Shown piece after piece: positions 1-8,555 of a stretch of 64,000 nucleotides of DNA (positions are counted from its first letter, which is position 1; every line of letters starts with the position of its first letter). The notes beneath the pieces are model-generated. The model saw only the letters and a list, made by a program, of their open reading frames with translations. It was not told the origin of the DNA and did not search any database. Source of the DNA: an uncultured Succinivibrio sp. (lineage in GTDB: Bacteria > Pseudomonadota > Gammaproteobacteria > Enterobacterales > Succinivibrionaceae). A program made the translations under genes and the position numbers. The DNA lies in NCBI GenBank assembly GCA_902785325.1, contig CACZXZ010000006.1:3182-67181 (forward strand), read 5' to 3'.

Positions 1-213
1 ATTTTCAAATGAAAATTTTAAGTTCATTTTTATCTTTATTTATCAAATAGTTACTTACTATCATTCTGTTTATCCTACAAAAAATGAAAATTCGATAATT
101 TTTGAATATGTCACAGTATTTAAAAGCAGACACAAATTTGTATTCAATGAATTCTAAAAATTGAAATTTCACATAACCTGCTTATATTGCGAATAAAATT
201 TTTCAAAAATTTT

Positions 214-229
214 TGTGATCTAGTTTTTA
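214..229. promoter_or_regulatory. Possible CRP site (one good half-site)
   Basis: TGTGA-tctagt-TTTTA: left half and spacer match the CRP consensus TGTGA-N6-TCACA, right half is poor; upstream of a sugar operon. Confidence 0.3.
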
Positions 230-272
230 TTTCTTGGTAAAACGATCAATAAAAATGTGCGTTACGTAATAA

Positions 273-290
273 AACGTAAACGTTTGCGTT
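273..290. promoter_or_regulatory. LacI-family operator
   Basis: AACGTAAAC|GTTTGCGTT: 18-bp palindrome with one mismatch and the central AAAC/GTTT core typical of LacI/PurR-family sites; overlaps the predicted -35. Confidence 0.65.
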
Positions 291-317
291 ACCAATTTAT
301 TTTTCTTACTCTATGCT
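289..317 (+). promoter_or_regulatory. Putative sigma70 promoter of the pentose operon
   Basis: TTACCA (289-294), 17-nt spacer, TATGCT (312-317). Confidence 0.4.
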
Positions 318-387
318 AAAGATAAATAAAGGTAAGTAATTTTTACTTAATACCATCCCCAACAAACAACAAATTTAGGGAGCTGTT

Positions 388-1338
388 ATGGAAGGAATAA
401 AGAATCTCTCTAGTGCGACAAAAGGCTATATAGTGCTAATCTCACTAGTATTTTTATCTTGGTTAATCTTTAAAGTTTTAACTCCAGATAACTTCGGCTC
501 TTACAGTAACCTTCTAAGTTACTTCCAAGCAAGTTTAATCGCAACTGTAGGTGCAATTGGTTTCTACTTTGTGATGGATATGGGCTTATTCGATTTTTCT
601 ATCGGTGCAAACATCATCCTATCCTCCATCATTGGTTGCCAACTTGCCGTAAACTTTGATTTAGGTTATTTCGGTTTAATTTTTGGTGCTATCGCAACAG
701 GTGCTCTAGTTGGTCTTTGCAACGGTTTCTTCTACGTAAAGTTAAGAATTCCATCAATGATCGTAACTGCAGGTTTAGCACTTATTTACGAATCAGTTGC
801 TAACTACATGGCAGGTGGCGTAGAGCAAACTCTACCATCAACCTTACGTGCATTTGGTTCAATGCCTGGTAACTTAATTCTTGCATTTATTACCTTCATC
901 ATTGCTTACCTAGTTTTAAATTACACCAAGTTTGGTACTTACACCTATGCAATTGGCTCAGATGAATTTGTAGCTAAAAACATGGGTATCAATGTAGATA
1001 AATTTAAGGTTCTAGCTTTCATCTTATCAGGAGCCTTCTTTGGCGCTATGGCGGTACTAACCATCAGCTATGGTTCATCAATGGTCGCTGTAACTGGTAT
1101 GTCTTCAATGACTAGAAACTTCATCCCAACCATGGGTTGCTTCTTCGGTTTGGCATTCATGAAGTATGGTATTCCACTACAAGCTATTATCTTAGGTGAG
1201 TTTATCGTAAACATCATTTTCTTTGGCTTTATCTCACTAGGTGCTCCAACCGCTATTCAAGACGTAATTACAGGTTTAGCTCTCCTAGTCATCATTACTT
1301 TAACTACTAAAGTAGCTAAAGGTGAGATTGTTAAGTAG
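388..1338 (+). CDS. Sugar ABC transporter permease (RbsC/AraH-like, CUT2)
   Basis: Hydrophobic 316 aa; motifs GLFDFSIGA, GLCNGFF, IPSMIVT, FGTYTYAIGSDEFVAKNMGI; SD GGGAG. Confidence 0.9.
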   Translation: MEGIKNLSSATKGYIVLISLVFLSWLIFKVLTPDNFGSYSNLLSYFQASLIATVGAIGFYFVMDMGLFDFSIGANIILSSIIGCQLAVNFDLGYFGLIFGAIATGALVGLCNGFFYVKLRIPSMIVTAGLALIYESVANYMAGGVEQTLPSTLRAFGSMPGNLILAFITFIIAYLVLNYTKFGTYTYAIGSDEFVAKNMGINVDKFKVLAFILSGAFFGAMAVLTISYGSSMVAVTGMSSMTRNFIPTMGCFFGLAFMKYGIPLQAIILGEFIVNIIFFGFISLGAPTAIQDVITGLALLVIITLTTKVAKGEIVK

Positions 1339-1350
1339 GAGGAGATAACT

Positions 1351-2853
1351 ATGAGCGAAATCAGATTACAAGTAAGAAATATCACCAAACACTTTGGTAT
1401 CAACCGTGCCTTAAACAATGTTTCCTTTGATATCAAAAAAGGCTCTGTACATGCCCTAATTGGTGAGAATGGCTCTGGTAAGTCTACCTTAACCAACATG
1501 CTAACTGGAATTTATCAATTAGAGTCTGGTACCTTTACATTAGATGGTGAGAACATCCATGCTAAAAACCAAGTAGATGCAAATAACCACGGTATTTCAA
1601 TTATCGTGCAAGAGTTAGGTACTCTATCAGGTTTATCTGTTGCTGAGAACATCTTCCTAGGTCATGAGGAGCGATTTATCACATGTGGCTTTAGAAATAC
1701 TAAGCGCATGAATGATGAAGCTAACCGTTTACTAAAAGAATATGGTTTTGATCATATCAAAGCTAATGTCTTAGTTGATGAGTACAACTTCGAGGACAGA
1801 AAGCTAATCGAAATTGTAAAAGCTACTTACTTCAAACCAAAGATTGTAGTTATCGACGAAACCACTACTGCTTTATCACAAGAAGGTCGTGAAGAGCTTT
1901 ACAAGCACATGAAGAGAATTAAAGAAGAAGGTAACACAGTGATCTTTATTTCTCACGATTTACCAGAAATTCTTGATAAAGCTGACACCATTACTGTTTT
2001 AAGAGATGGCGACTACATTGACACTGTACAAAGTAAGGATGTTACAGAAGACGATCTTAAAAAGCTAATGGTAGGACGTGAAGTTACTGGTGATTACTAC
2101 CGTAATGATTACGGCACTCCAATTTCTGATGAGGTAGTTTTATCAGTTAAAAATGTAACCGTACCAAAACTAATTCACGATGTGTCCTTTGATCTTCACA
2201 AAGGTGAGATTTTAGGCTTTGGTGGTCTATCAGAATCAGGTATGCACGAGATTGGTAAAGCAATCTTTGGTGCAAGCTTTGATAGAGAGGGTGAGGTAGT
2301 TTTAGCTAATGGAACTCATATAAATGACATTCCTACAGCTATTAAGAACTCTATTGCTTATACCTCAAAAGACAGAGATAACGAATCTGCTGTGATGAAT
2401 CAAAGCATTAAGGACAATATTGCACTGCCTTCTTTAGATAACTTAACCATTGGCAAAACCAAGCTTTTAAGCCTATCTAAGATTAAAGACTTTGCCCTTA
2501 AGTTTGCTAAAGAAATGTCTGTAAAGATGGTTAACACTGATCAGTTTGTATCAGAACTATCTGGCGGTAACAAGCAGAAAGTAGTTTTAGCAAGATGGAT
2601 CGGTAAAGGATCTGATATCGTGGTATTAGATTCCCCTACCCGTGGTATTGATATCAAGGTAAAACAGGATATCTACCAACTTATGGATCGTATGAGAAAA
2701 GAAGGTAAGTCTATCATCATGATCTCTGAAGAGCTGATGGAGCTTATCGGTATGTGCGACCGCATCATCATTATGAAAGACGGTGCTATCAAAGGCGAGC
2801 TTCCTCGTAGCAAGGAGCTTAATGAAAATAGTCTAATCTCAATGATGGTTTAA
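1351..2853 (+). CDS. Sugar ABC transporter tandem-NBD ATPase (RbsA/AraG-like)
   Basis: Walker A GENGSGKST, DETTTAL, second-domain signature LSGGNKQK; SD AGGAGGAG. Confidence 0.93.
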   Translation: MSEIRLQVRNITKHFGINRALNNVSFDIKKGSVHALIGENGSGKSTLTNMLTGIYQLESGTFTLDGENIHAKNQVDANNHGISIIVQELGTLSGLSVAENIFLGHEERFITCGFRNTKRMNDEANRLLKEYGFDHIKANVLVDEYNFEDRKLIEIVKATYFKPKIVVIDETTTALSQEGREELYKHMKRIKEEGNTVIFISHDLPEILDKADTITVLRDGDYIDTVQSKDVTEDDLKKLMVGREVTGDYYRNDYGTPISDEVVLSVKNVTVPKLIHDVSFDLHKGEILGFGGLSESGMHEIGKAIFGASFDREGEVVLANGTHINDIPTAIKNSIAYTSKDRDNESAVMNQSIKDNIALPSLDNLTIGKTKLLSLSKIKDFALKFAKEMSVKMVNTDQFVSELSGGNKQKVVLARWIGKGSDIVVLDSPTRGIDIKVKQDIYQLMDRMRKEGKSIIMISEELMELIGMCDRIIIMKDGAIKGELPRSKELNENSLISMMV

Positions 2854-2864
2854 GGAGCGAAATT

Positions 2865-3836
2865 ATGTCAGATACAATCGCATTAAAAAACAAAGAAGAT
2901 GAGTTAAAGAAACTTCGTACTATGAGATTAGTTCGTACCCTTTTACCAATTGTTGGACTATTCTTAGTATTTATTCTATTTAACTTTTTAACTGATGGTC
3001 GTATGATAAGTCACCTACCATTAGCTCTATCACAAGTATATGTGATTATGATTGCTTCTATGGGTGTGTTCTTTATCATGACTATGGGCGGTCTAGACTT
3101 TTCTCAAGGCTCTATCTTAGGTCTATCTGCAATCGTAATCTGTATGTTATCAGAGTATGGAATTGCTATTGCCATTGCAGGCGGTATCTTAACTGGTGCA
3201 GCTATTGGTGCTATCAACGGATACTTCTATGTAAATAGAAAAATCAAATCCTTCATTGTAACCATTTGTACCATGTTCCTTTTCAGAGGTTTAATTAAGT
3301 ACTTAACTACTAATTCCCCTGTTCAAGGCGCATTCTATGAATATGACTATGACTTTGATTGCACTGAATTTAAAGTAGGTTGCACTCTATTTGTAGTAGT
3401 TGTAGGTTTCATCTTCTTTAGTTTCACTAAATTCGGCACCTACTTAAAGGCTATCGGTGCAGGTGAAAAAGCAGCTAAATTCTCAGGTATCCGTACCGAC
3501 AGAATTAAATTCCTAGTTTACGTATTATCTGGTGCAATTACTGGTTTTGCAGCTTTCATCAGTGCCGTAAAGACAGGCTCTGTAACCTCTAACGGTGGTA
3601 ACCAATTAGAGACTCAAATTCTAATTGCCCTAGTATTAGGTGGTATGCCAATTTCTGGCGGTGCCATGGTTCGTTTTTATAATTTCATCATCGGTTCATT
3701 ACTATTCGTAGTACTAAGCAGTGGTTTAACCATGATTGGTTTCAGTACTCAGATGATGCAGTTAATTGAAGGTATCGTGTTCTTGTTATTCGTAGCAATC
3801 TTTGCTGATAGACAAGCTTTACACGTAATCAAATAG
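2865..3836 (+). CDS. Second sugar ABC transporter permease
   Basis: GGLDFSQGS, GAINGY, FGTYLKAIGAGEKAAKFSGI, LIALVLGGMPISGG. Confidence 0.9.
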   Translation: MSDTIALKNKEDELKKLRTMRLVRTLLPIVGLFLVFILFNFLTDGRMISHLPLALSQVYVIMIASMGVFFIMTMGGLDFSQGSILGLSAIVICMLSEYGIAIAIAGGILTGAAIGAINGYFYVNRKIKSFIVTICTMFLFRGLIKYLTTNSPVQGAFYEYDYDFDCTEFKVGCTLFVVVVGFIFFSFTKFGTYLKAIGAGEKAAKFSGIRTDRIKFLVYVLSGAITGFAAFISAVKTGSVTSNGGNQLETQILIALVLGGMPISGGAMVRFYNFIIGSLLFVVLSSGLTMIGFSTQMMQLIEGIVFLLFVAIFADRQALHVIK

Positions 3837-3865
3837 GTTTCATTTACTCTACTAAGGAAATAAAC

Positions 3866-5314
3866 ATGAACAAGATTTATTTTGTTGTTGGCTCCCAGGA
3901 TTTATACGGTGAAGAGTGCTTAAAACAAGTTGCTCTTGATGCAAAGAACATGACTGCTTTCTTCAATGAGCGTCTTCAAGGTAAAGTAAGAGTTGAATTA
4001 TTACCTACAGTTATCAATTCAGAAACCTGTATTGAGGACATGAGAAAGGTAAGTTGCGATGAGGATTGTATCGGTGTTATCACTTGGATGCATACTTTCT
4101 CTCCAGCTAAGATGTGGATCAAGGGCTTACAGGAGTTAAGAAAGCCTTTATTACACTTACATACTCAGGCAAATGAGAAATTACCTTATGACAGCATTGA
4201 TATGGATTTTATGAATCTAAATCAAGCAGCTCACGGTGATAGAGAGTTTGGCTTTATCGTTGCAAGATTACGTATTCCTCATCAAGTAATCGCAGGTTAC
4301 TATGAGCATGACGATGTTATCGAGCGTATGGGTAGATTCATCGATGTTGCTAAAGCAATTCACTTCTCAAAACACTTAAAGGTAGCTTCTTTTGGTAACA
4401 ACATGCGTGAAGTTGCTGTAACTGATGGTGATCGTGTTGAGTCTCAAATTCGCTACGGTTGGGAATGTAACTACTTTGCTATTGGTGATCTTGTAGATAC
4501 TATCAATCAAGTAACTGATAAAGAAATCGATACAAAGATGGATGAGTACACTTCTAAATACACCATGAAGACTGACAACATCCAAGCAGTTAGAGAGCAA
4601 GCTAAGTATGAGGTAGGTCTTGAGAAATTCTTAGCTAAGAATAATCTTGGTGCTTTTGCTGACACCTTCCAAGATCTTCATGGCTTAAAACAATTACCAG
4701 GTATCGCAGCTCAAAACCTAATGGGCAAAGGTATAGGTTTTGGTCCTGAAGGTGACTATAAGATCTCAGCTTTATCAGCTGTGCTTATGAAAATGTCTGA
4801 AGGTAGAAAAGGCGCTACAGGCTTTATTGAGGACTACACCTACGACTTAACCTATGGTCAAGAATTAGAGTTAGCATCTCACATGCTTGAAGTTCCTGTA
4901 ACTTTTGCAGCAACTAAACCTGAAATTGATGTACTACCTTTAGGTATTGGTGGTAAAGAAGATCCTGCACGCTTAATCTTTGATGGCGTTGAAGGTGATG
5001 GTATTCAGGTTACCTTAGTAGATATGGGAGATCACTTCAGAATTATCTGTGCTGATATTGAACTTGTAAAACAACCAAAACCAATGCCAAACTTACCTGT
5101 TGCTCGTATCATGTACAGACACAAGCCAAACTTTAGAATTGGTACTGAAGGTTGGTGCTATGCTGGTGGTGCACATCACAGCGTGGTTTCAACAGCTCTT
5201 ACAAGAGAGGATATTGCCCTATTTGCAAAACTAACTGGCACTGAGTTAATCACTATCGGTGATGACACTACTGAAGCTGAGTTAGAGAAATTAGCTACTA
5301 ACTACTACAGATAG
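3866..5314 (+). CDS. araA: L-arabinose isomerase
   Basis: GSQDLYG, WMHTFSPAKMW, MNLNQAAHGDREFG; metal-ligand motifs GFGPEGD, FIEDYTY, SHMLEV, GGAHH all present. Confidence 0.95.
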   Translation: MNKIYFVVGSQDLYGEECLKQVALDAKNMTAFFNERLQGKVRVELLPTVINSETCIEDMRKVSCDEDCIGVITWMHTFSPAKMWIKGLQELRKPLLHLHTQANEKLPYDSIDMDFMNLNQAAHGDREFGFIVARLRIPHQVIAGYYEHDDVIERMGRFIDVAKAIHFSKHLKVASFGNNMREVAVTDGDRVESQIRYGWECNYFAIGDLVDTINQVTDKEIDTKMDEYTSKYTMKTDNIQAVREQAKYEVGLEKFLAKNNLGAFADTFQDLHGLKQLPGIAAQNLMGKGIGFGPEGDYKISALSAVLMKMSEGRKGATGFIEDYTYDLTYGQELELASHMLEVPVTFAATKPEIDVLPLGIGGKEDPARLIFDGVEGDGIQVTLVDMGDHFRIICADIELVKQPKPMPNLPVARIMYRHKPNFRIGTEGWCYAGGAHHSVVSTALTREDIALFAKLTGTELITIGDDTTEAELEKLATNYYR

Positions 5315-5338
5315 TTTTACTTAACATAAACTCCATTT

Positions 5339-5374
5339 AAATGGCTCTATCAAAAATAGGGCCATTTTTATTTT
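5339..5374 (+). terminator. Intrinsic terminator after araA
   Basis: AAATGGCTCTAT-caaaa-ATAGGGCCATTT followed by TTATTTT. Confidence 0.8.
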
Positions 5375-5447
5375 CATAGACTAATCTTGAGATTCTTGTT
5401 GTTGGTAAAAGTCATAGTCATTACAGCCATTGCTATAACTTCCTCAT
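5374..5447 (-). pseudogene. Possible frameshifted 5-prime remnant of a secreted-protein gene
   Basis: SD GAGGT, then ATG AGG AAG TTA TAG; a 1-nt shift gives MRK-x-IAMAVMTMTF, resembling a signal peptide; ends against the araA terminator. Confidence 0.25.
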
Positions 5448-5496
5448 ACAATTACCTCACTAAGTTACTCAAATTTTCAGCCTAACAAGAGCAAAT

Positions 5497-6126
5497 CTAC
5501 AGTCTTATTGATTTGTATAGTAAGTCGAAACTGTAACTTAAAAAGTTTTTCACTGATATTTTGTTGATACTCTTAAGATATTCTTGCTTGTTATACGCAA
5601 GTTGAATAACACCTGTAAGCATGCCCCAAAAGGCAAATTCTGTCTTAAATATATCTAAATCTTTTCTAAAACAGCCCTTTTCTATTCCAGAAGAGATAAA
5701 ACTACTTATAAGTTCACTGATCTTTTGACCTACATTAAAAGTATCGCGCTCTTCATCTAAAAAATTAGGTTGACTAGGATCAATTCTAATGGTCTTTAAC
5801 ATCAAGGAAAAATATAGCGGATGATCCTCATAGTACTCAACTAGCTGATTGCAGATCTTTTGATATTTTTCATCGATACTCTTATCTGAATTCACAGCGT
5901 TTGATAAGTTATCATAAAGCAAAGTCATGCTCTCTAAAGTAAGATAAGCAAGTAACTCATCTTTATCTTTAAAAAAGACATACAAAGAAGCTTTAGAGTA
6001 TCCACTTTCTTTAGCAATATCTGCCATAGACGTATTATCAAAACCTTTTTCTGAAAATAGCTTAGTGGCAGCTTGTGCTATAGCTTTTCTATGATTGCCT
6101 TGAGGCTCTTTTTTACGTCTTGCCAT
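5497..6126 (-). CDS. TetR/AcrR-family transcriptional regulator
   Basis: N-terminal HTH: AATKLFSEKGFDNTSMADIAKESGYSKASLYVFFKDKDEL. Confidence 0.93.
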   Translation of the reverse strand: MARRKKEPQGNHRKAIAQAATKLFSEKGFDNTSMADIAKESGYSKASLYVFFKDKDELLAYLTLESMTLLYDNLSNAVNSDKSIDEKYQKICNQLVEYYEDHPLYFSLMLKTIRIDPSQPNFLDEERDTFNVGQKISELISSFISSGIEKGCFRKDLDIFKTEFAFWGMLTGVIQLAYNKQEYLKSINKISVKNFLSYSFDLLYKSIRL

Positions 6127-6131
6127 ACTGT

Positions 6132-7217
6132 CTAATCCTCTAGTTGCACGTAATCAGCTACATTGCGTCTATATAGTTTATTACTACCATAATTGTCTGT
6201 CTTTCCTACACGAATAACCAAACTTACATTAGTCCCAAGCTTTTCTTTTAGCTCTATTTTACAAGCTGGCACCTCGATTACAGCACTGATAGGTTGAACG
6301 CTAATTTCTTTTTCCGTTAGAAATAACCACAACTTTACTAAGGTTCTTCCTGTTTCAAACAAAGCGCTTTTAGATTCAATTTCATTTTTAAAATATATGA
6401 AGCCTGCACAATGCTCTAACTGATCTTGATAAAGTTTTTCTGACTGTCTAGTAAAAACACTAGAGGTTGCTATACCTTCTGTCATAAGTGTGTTAAAGAT
6501 GCCTTTAGTTATTCCTTCCATACCTAATGTATCTGCACATAAACCATCAAGTTTAGCTTTAGCTTCTTTATCAGAAAATCTCATCCAACTTGCTAGCTCC
6601 TTATTGTAATTGTCATCACTAGACAACTGATGTACTGCTAGCATTGAGTTGTCGTATATGATTTTATAAGAGTCACTTCCTTTCTTGCAAAACTCTATAT
6701 CGGAAAAGTTATTTAAAAGATCTTTCAAATCAAAGGAAACAGGAGCTAATTTTCTTTTATCGGTATGACGCTTTAATATTGCATGTTCAAGATCCATATC
6801 ATTACTTAAAGCAGGATCTTTATAGTAACTTACCAAAGCTAATTGTGTATTTTCATCAAAGTAAACTTGCGTGCTATAACCATAAGCCTTAAAAGCACTA
6901 ACCATAGTTTGTACATAGGCTCCAAGTGAAATTAAAGCCTCATGCTTATTTTTATCTGATACCTTAAGGACTCTATCTGCATCAATGGCTACTTCCACTT
7001 TATTTGATAAGTGATGAACTTTTACTTTCCACAATTGAGTATTGTGTGAGGATGGTGATAAAGAAGCTAAATATAAAATTCTTGATAAAGTAGCATCTGA
7101 AGCTATTAGATTGTTTGGTCCTGGAACCTGCAAAGGTCTACCCTTAATTAAGGCTGTGATAAAAAACAAAGATACCAAGACACCGATTACTAACAAAAAC
7201 ATTCCTAAAGTCTTCAT
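6132..7217 (-). CDS. Acg-like FMN-binding nitroreductase-family protein, N-terminal membrane anchor or signal
   Basis: LASLSPSSHNTQLW motif, HAILKRHTDKR, C-terminal GRTLVKLWL...QPISAVIE...RVG; start moved from TTG 7229 to ATG 7217 (SD GGTGA). Confidence 0.7.
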   Translation of the reverse strand: MKTLGMFLLVIGVLVSLFFITALIKGRPLQVPGPNNLIASDATLSRILYLASLSPSSHNTQLWKVKVHHLSNKVEVAIDADRVLKVSDKNKHEALISLGAYVQTMVSAFKAYGYSTQVYFDENTQLALVSYYKDPALSNDMDLEHAILKRHTDKRKLAPVSFDLKDLLNNFSDIEFCKKGSDSYKIIYDNSMLAVHQLSSDDNYNKELASWMRFSDKEAKAKLDGLCADTLGMEGITKGIFNTLMTEGIATSSVFTRQSEKLYQDQLEHCAGFIYFKNEIESKSALFETGRTLVKLWLFLTEKEISVQPISAVIEVPACKIELKEKLGTNVSLVIRVGKTDNYGSNKLYRRNVADYVQLED

Positions 7218-7228
7218 GATAATCACCA

Positions 7229-7255
7229 AATAATTAAACCGTTGGTTTAATTATT
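7229..7255. promoter_or_regulatory. TetR-type operator 1
   Basis: Perfect 12-bp arms AATAATTAAACC-gtt-GGTTTAATTATT overlapping the predicted -10/+1 of the nitroreductase-tetR operon. Confidence 0.7.
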
Positions 7256-7277
7256 ACACTTTAAGTCAACTTGTCAA
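7250..7277 (-). promoter_or_regulatory. Sigma70 promoter of nitroreductase-tetR operon
   Basis: Minus strand TTGACA (7277-7272), 16 nt, AATAAT preceded by TG. Confidence 0.5.
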
Positions 7278-7281
7278 TAAT

Positions 7282-7304
7282 TATTTAAACTTGTGGTTTA
7301 ATTA
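7282..7304. promoter_or_regulatory. TetR-type operator 2
   Basis: TATTTAAACT-tgt-GGTTTAATTA, degenerate copy of operator 1 located 51 bp away, just upstream of the -35. Confidence 0.55.
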
Positions 7305-7374
7305 TTTTTTTTCTAATGAAAAATACTTAGGATTTTTCATCACAACAATTGATGAATTAATACGCTCACAATAA

Positions 7375-7422
7375 AGGATACAATTTAGGATACATTTTAG
7401 GTTACATTTTAGATATGAATTC
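7375..7422. repeat. 12-bp tandem direct repeat (3 good copies + 1 decayed)
   Basis: AGGATACAATTT / AGGATACATTTT / AGGTTACATTTT / AGATATGAATTC. Confidence 0.8.
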
Positions 7423-7451
7423 ATAGAAACAATGAGTGTACTAAGAGATAG

Positions 7452-7480
7452 AAAAACGCAATAAACTGCTTGTTTATGCG
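7452..7480 (-). terminator. Probable terminator of the tRNA pair
   Basis: Minus strand CGCATAAAC-aagca-GTTTA(T)TGCG then TTTTT. Confidence 0.45.
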
Positions 7481-7528
7481 ACTTGTGAGACATTAAAAAA
7501 TTTCAAGGTATGGAGAAAAAGGCAATTA

Positions 7529-7613
7529 TGGTGCGAAAGAAGGGACTCGAACCCTCACGCCAAAAGGTACAAACACCTGAAGCTTGCGCGTCTACCAATT
7601 CCGCCACTTTCGC
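7529..7613 (-). tRNA. tRNA-Leu(CAG)
   Basis: GCGAAAGTGGCGGAATTGGTAGACGC...CAAGC-TTCAGGT-GTTTG, long variable arm, GTTCGAGTCC, ends ACCA; 85 nt. Confidence 0.97.
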
Positions 7614-7622
7614 ATTGCGTGT

Positions 7623-7699
7623 TGGTGATCCCGATGAGAGTCGAACTCATGACCACCGGCTTCGGAAACCGATACTCTATCCACCTGAGCTACGGGATC
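7623..7699 (-). tRNA. tRNA-Arg(CCG)
   Basis: GATCCCG acceptor stem pairs with CGGGATC; anticodon arm TCGGT-TTCCGAA-GCCGG; TTCGA loop; encoded CCA; 77 nt. Confidence 0.97.
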
Positions 7700-7726
7700 A
7701 CACGTGACCACTAAGACACGGGCGAT

Positions 7727-7754
7727 ATTATATCAAGTTTACTGCCTTCATCAA
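7727..7754 (-). promoter_or_regulatory. Stable-RNA type sigma70 promoter of the tRNA pair
   Basis: TTGATG, 16 nt, TATAAT followed by GC-rich discriminator ATCGCCCG. Confidence 0.65.
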
Positions 7755-7793
7755 TGAAATAAGCTAAAATATGATAGCAAAAAAGGAGTTTTC

Positions 7794-8534
7794 ATGGAAT
7801 TTGATAAAAAGCTAGCTTTTAGGGGAATTAGAGCCCTTTATGGCAATGACGGTTTTGAAAAACTTCAAAACACTCATGTGACAGTAATTGGTGTTGGTGG
7901 TATTGGTTCTTGGGCTTGTGAAGCTCTTTGCAGAACAGGTGTTGGCAGTTTAACTCTAATTGATAATGACACCATTGAAATAACCAACTTAAATCGTCAA
8001 TTACATACAACTCCAAAAACAGTAAATCAAACCAAAGTAGAGACCTTAGCTGCAAGATTAAAAGAGATCAATCCAACTATAAAGATTGAGTGTCTTTGCG
8101 TTAAGCTAACACCTGAAAATATTGATGAAGTATTAGCAGGTAAAACAGAATATGTTTGTGAATGCATTGATGATATCGATGCAAAGACCTATATTTCAAA
8201 CTACCTGCATAAACACAAATCAACCTTTATTGTGGCAGGTGGTGCTGGTGGGAGACGTGATCCTACAAAACTAAACATTGGAGATGTAAGTACAGCAAAT
8301 GGCGATGCACTAATCTCAAAATTAAGAAGAGAGCTTAGAAAATCCTACGGATTTCCTAACAATGGGCAGAAATTTAATATTACCTGCACATTCTCAACAG
8401 AAAAACCTATATACTCTTCAAAAGAAGATTATATAAGTGGTGATCTACCAGCCTTCGGAGCTTCTATGAGTGTAACAGCTAGTGCTGGTCTTTTGATTTC
8501 TTCTTGGATCATCAATAAAATCGTACAAGGTTAA
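7794..8534 (+). CDS. tcdA: tRNA threonylcarbamoyladenosine dehydratase (ThiF/E1-like)
   Basis: VIGVGGIGSWACEALCRTGVG, IDNDTIEITNLNRQLH, GGAGGRRDPT, FGASMSVTASAG. Confidence 0.85.
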   Translation: MEFDKKLAFRGIRALYGNDGFEKLQNTHVTVIGVGGIGSWACEALCRTGVGSLTLIDNDTIEITNLNRQLHTTPKTVNQTKVETLAARLKEINPTIKIECLCVKLTPENIDEVLAGKTEYVCECIDDIDAKTYISNYLHKHKSTFIVAGGAGGRRDPTKLNIGDVSTANGDALISKLRRELRKSYGFPNNGQKFNITCTFSTEKPIYSSKEDYISGDLPAFGASMSVTASAGLLISSWIINKIVQG

Positions 8535-8555
8535 TTTTAAATCGGTGTTTTTATC

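Noticed and set aside
1351-2853. Degenerate motifs in the ABC ATPase (GLSESGMHE, LDSPTRG)
   Set aside because: One degenerate site is normal for tandem-NBD CUT2 sugar ATPases.
7375-7422. CRISPR array
   Set aside because: Units are 12 bp, adjacent and without spacers; no cas genes in the window.
7302-7493. 63-aa minus-strand ORF with LKC/LNC repeats
   Set aside because: It is a translation of the 12-bp DNA repeat; no SD or homology evidence for coding.
7510-7707. 65-aa plus-strand ORF
   Set aside because: It is the antisense reading of the two tRNA genes.
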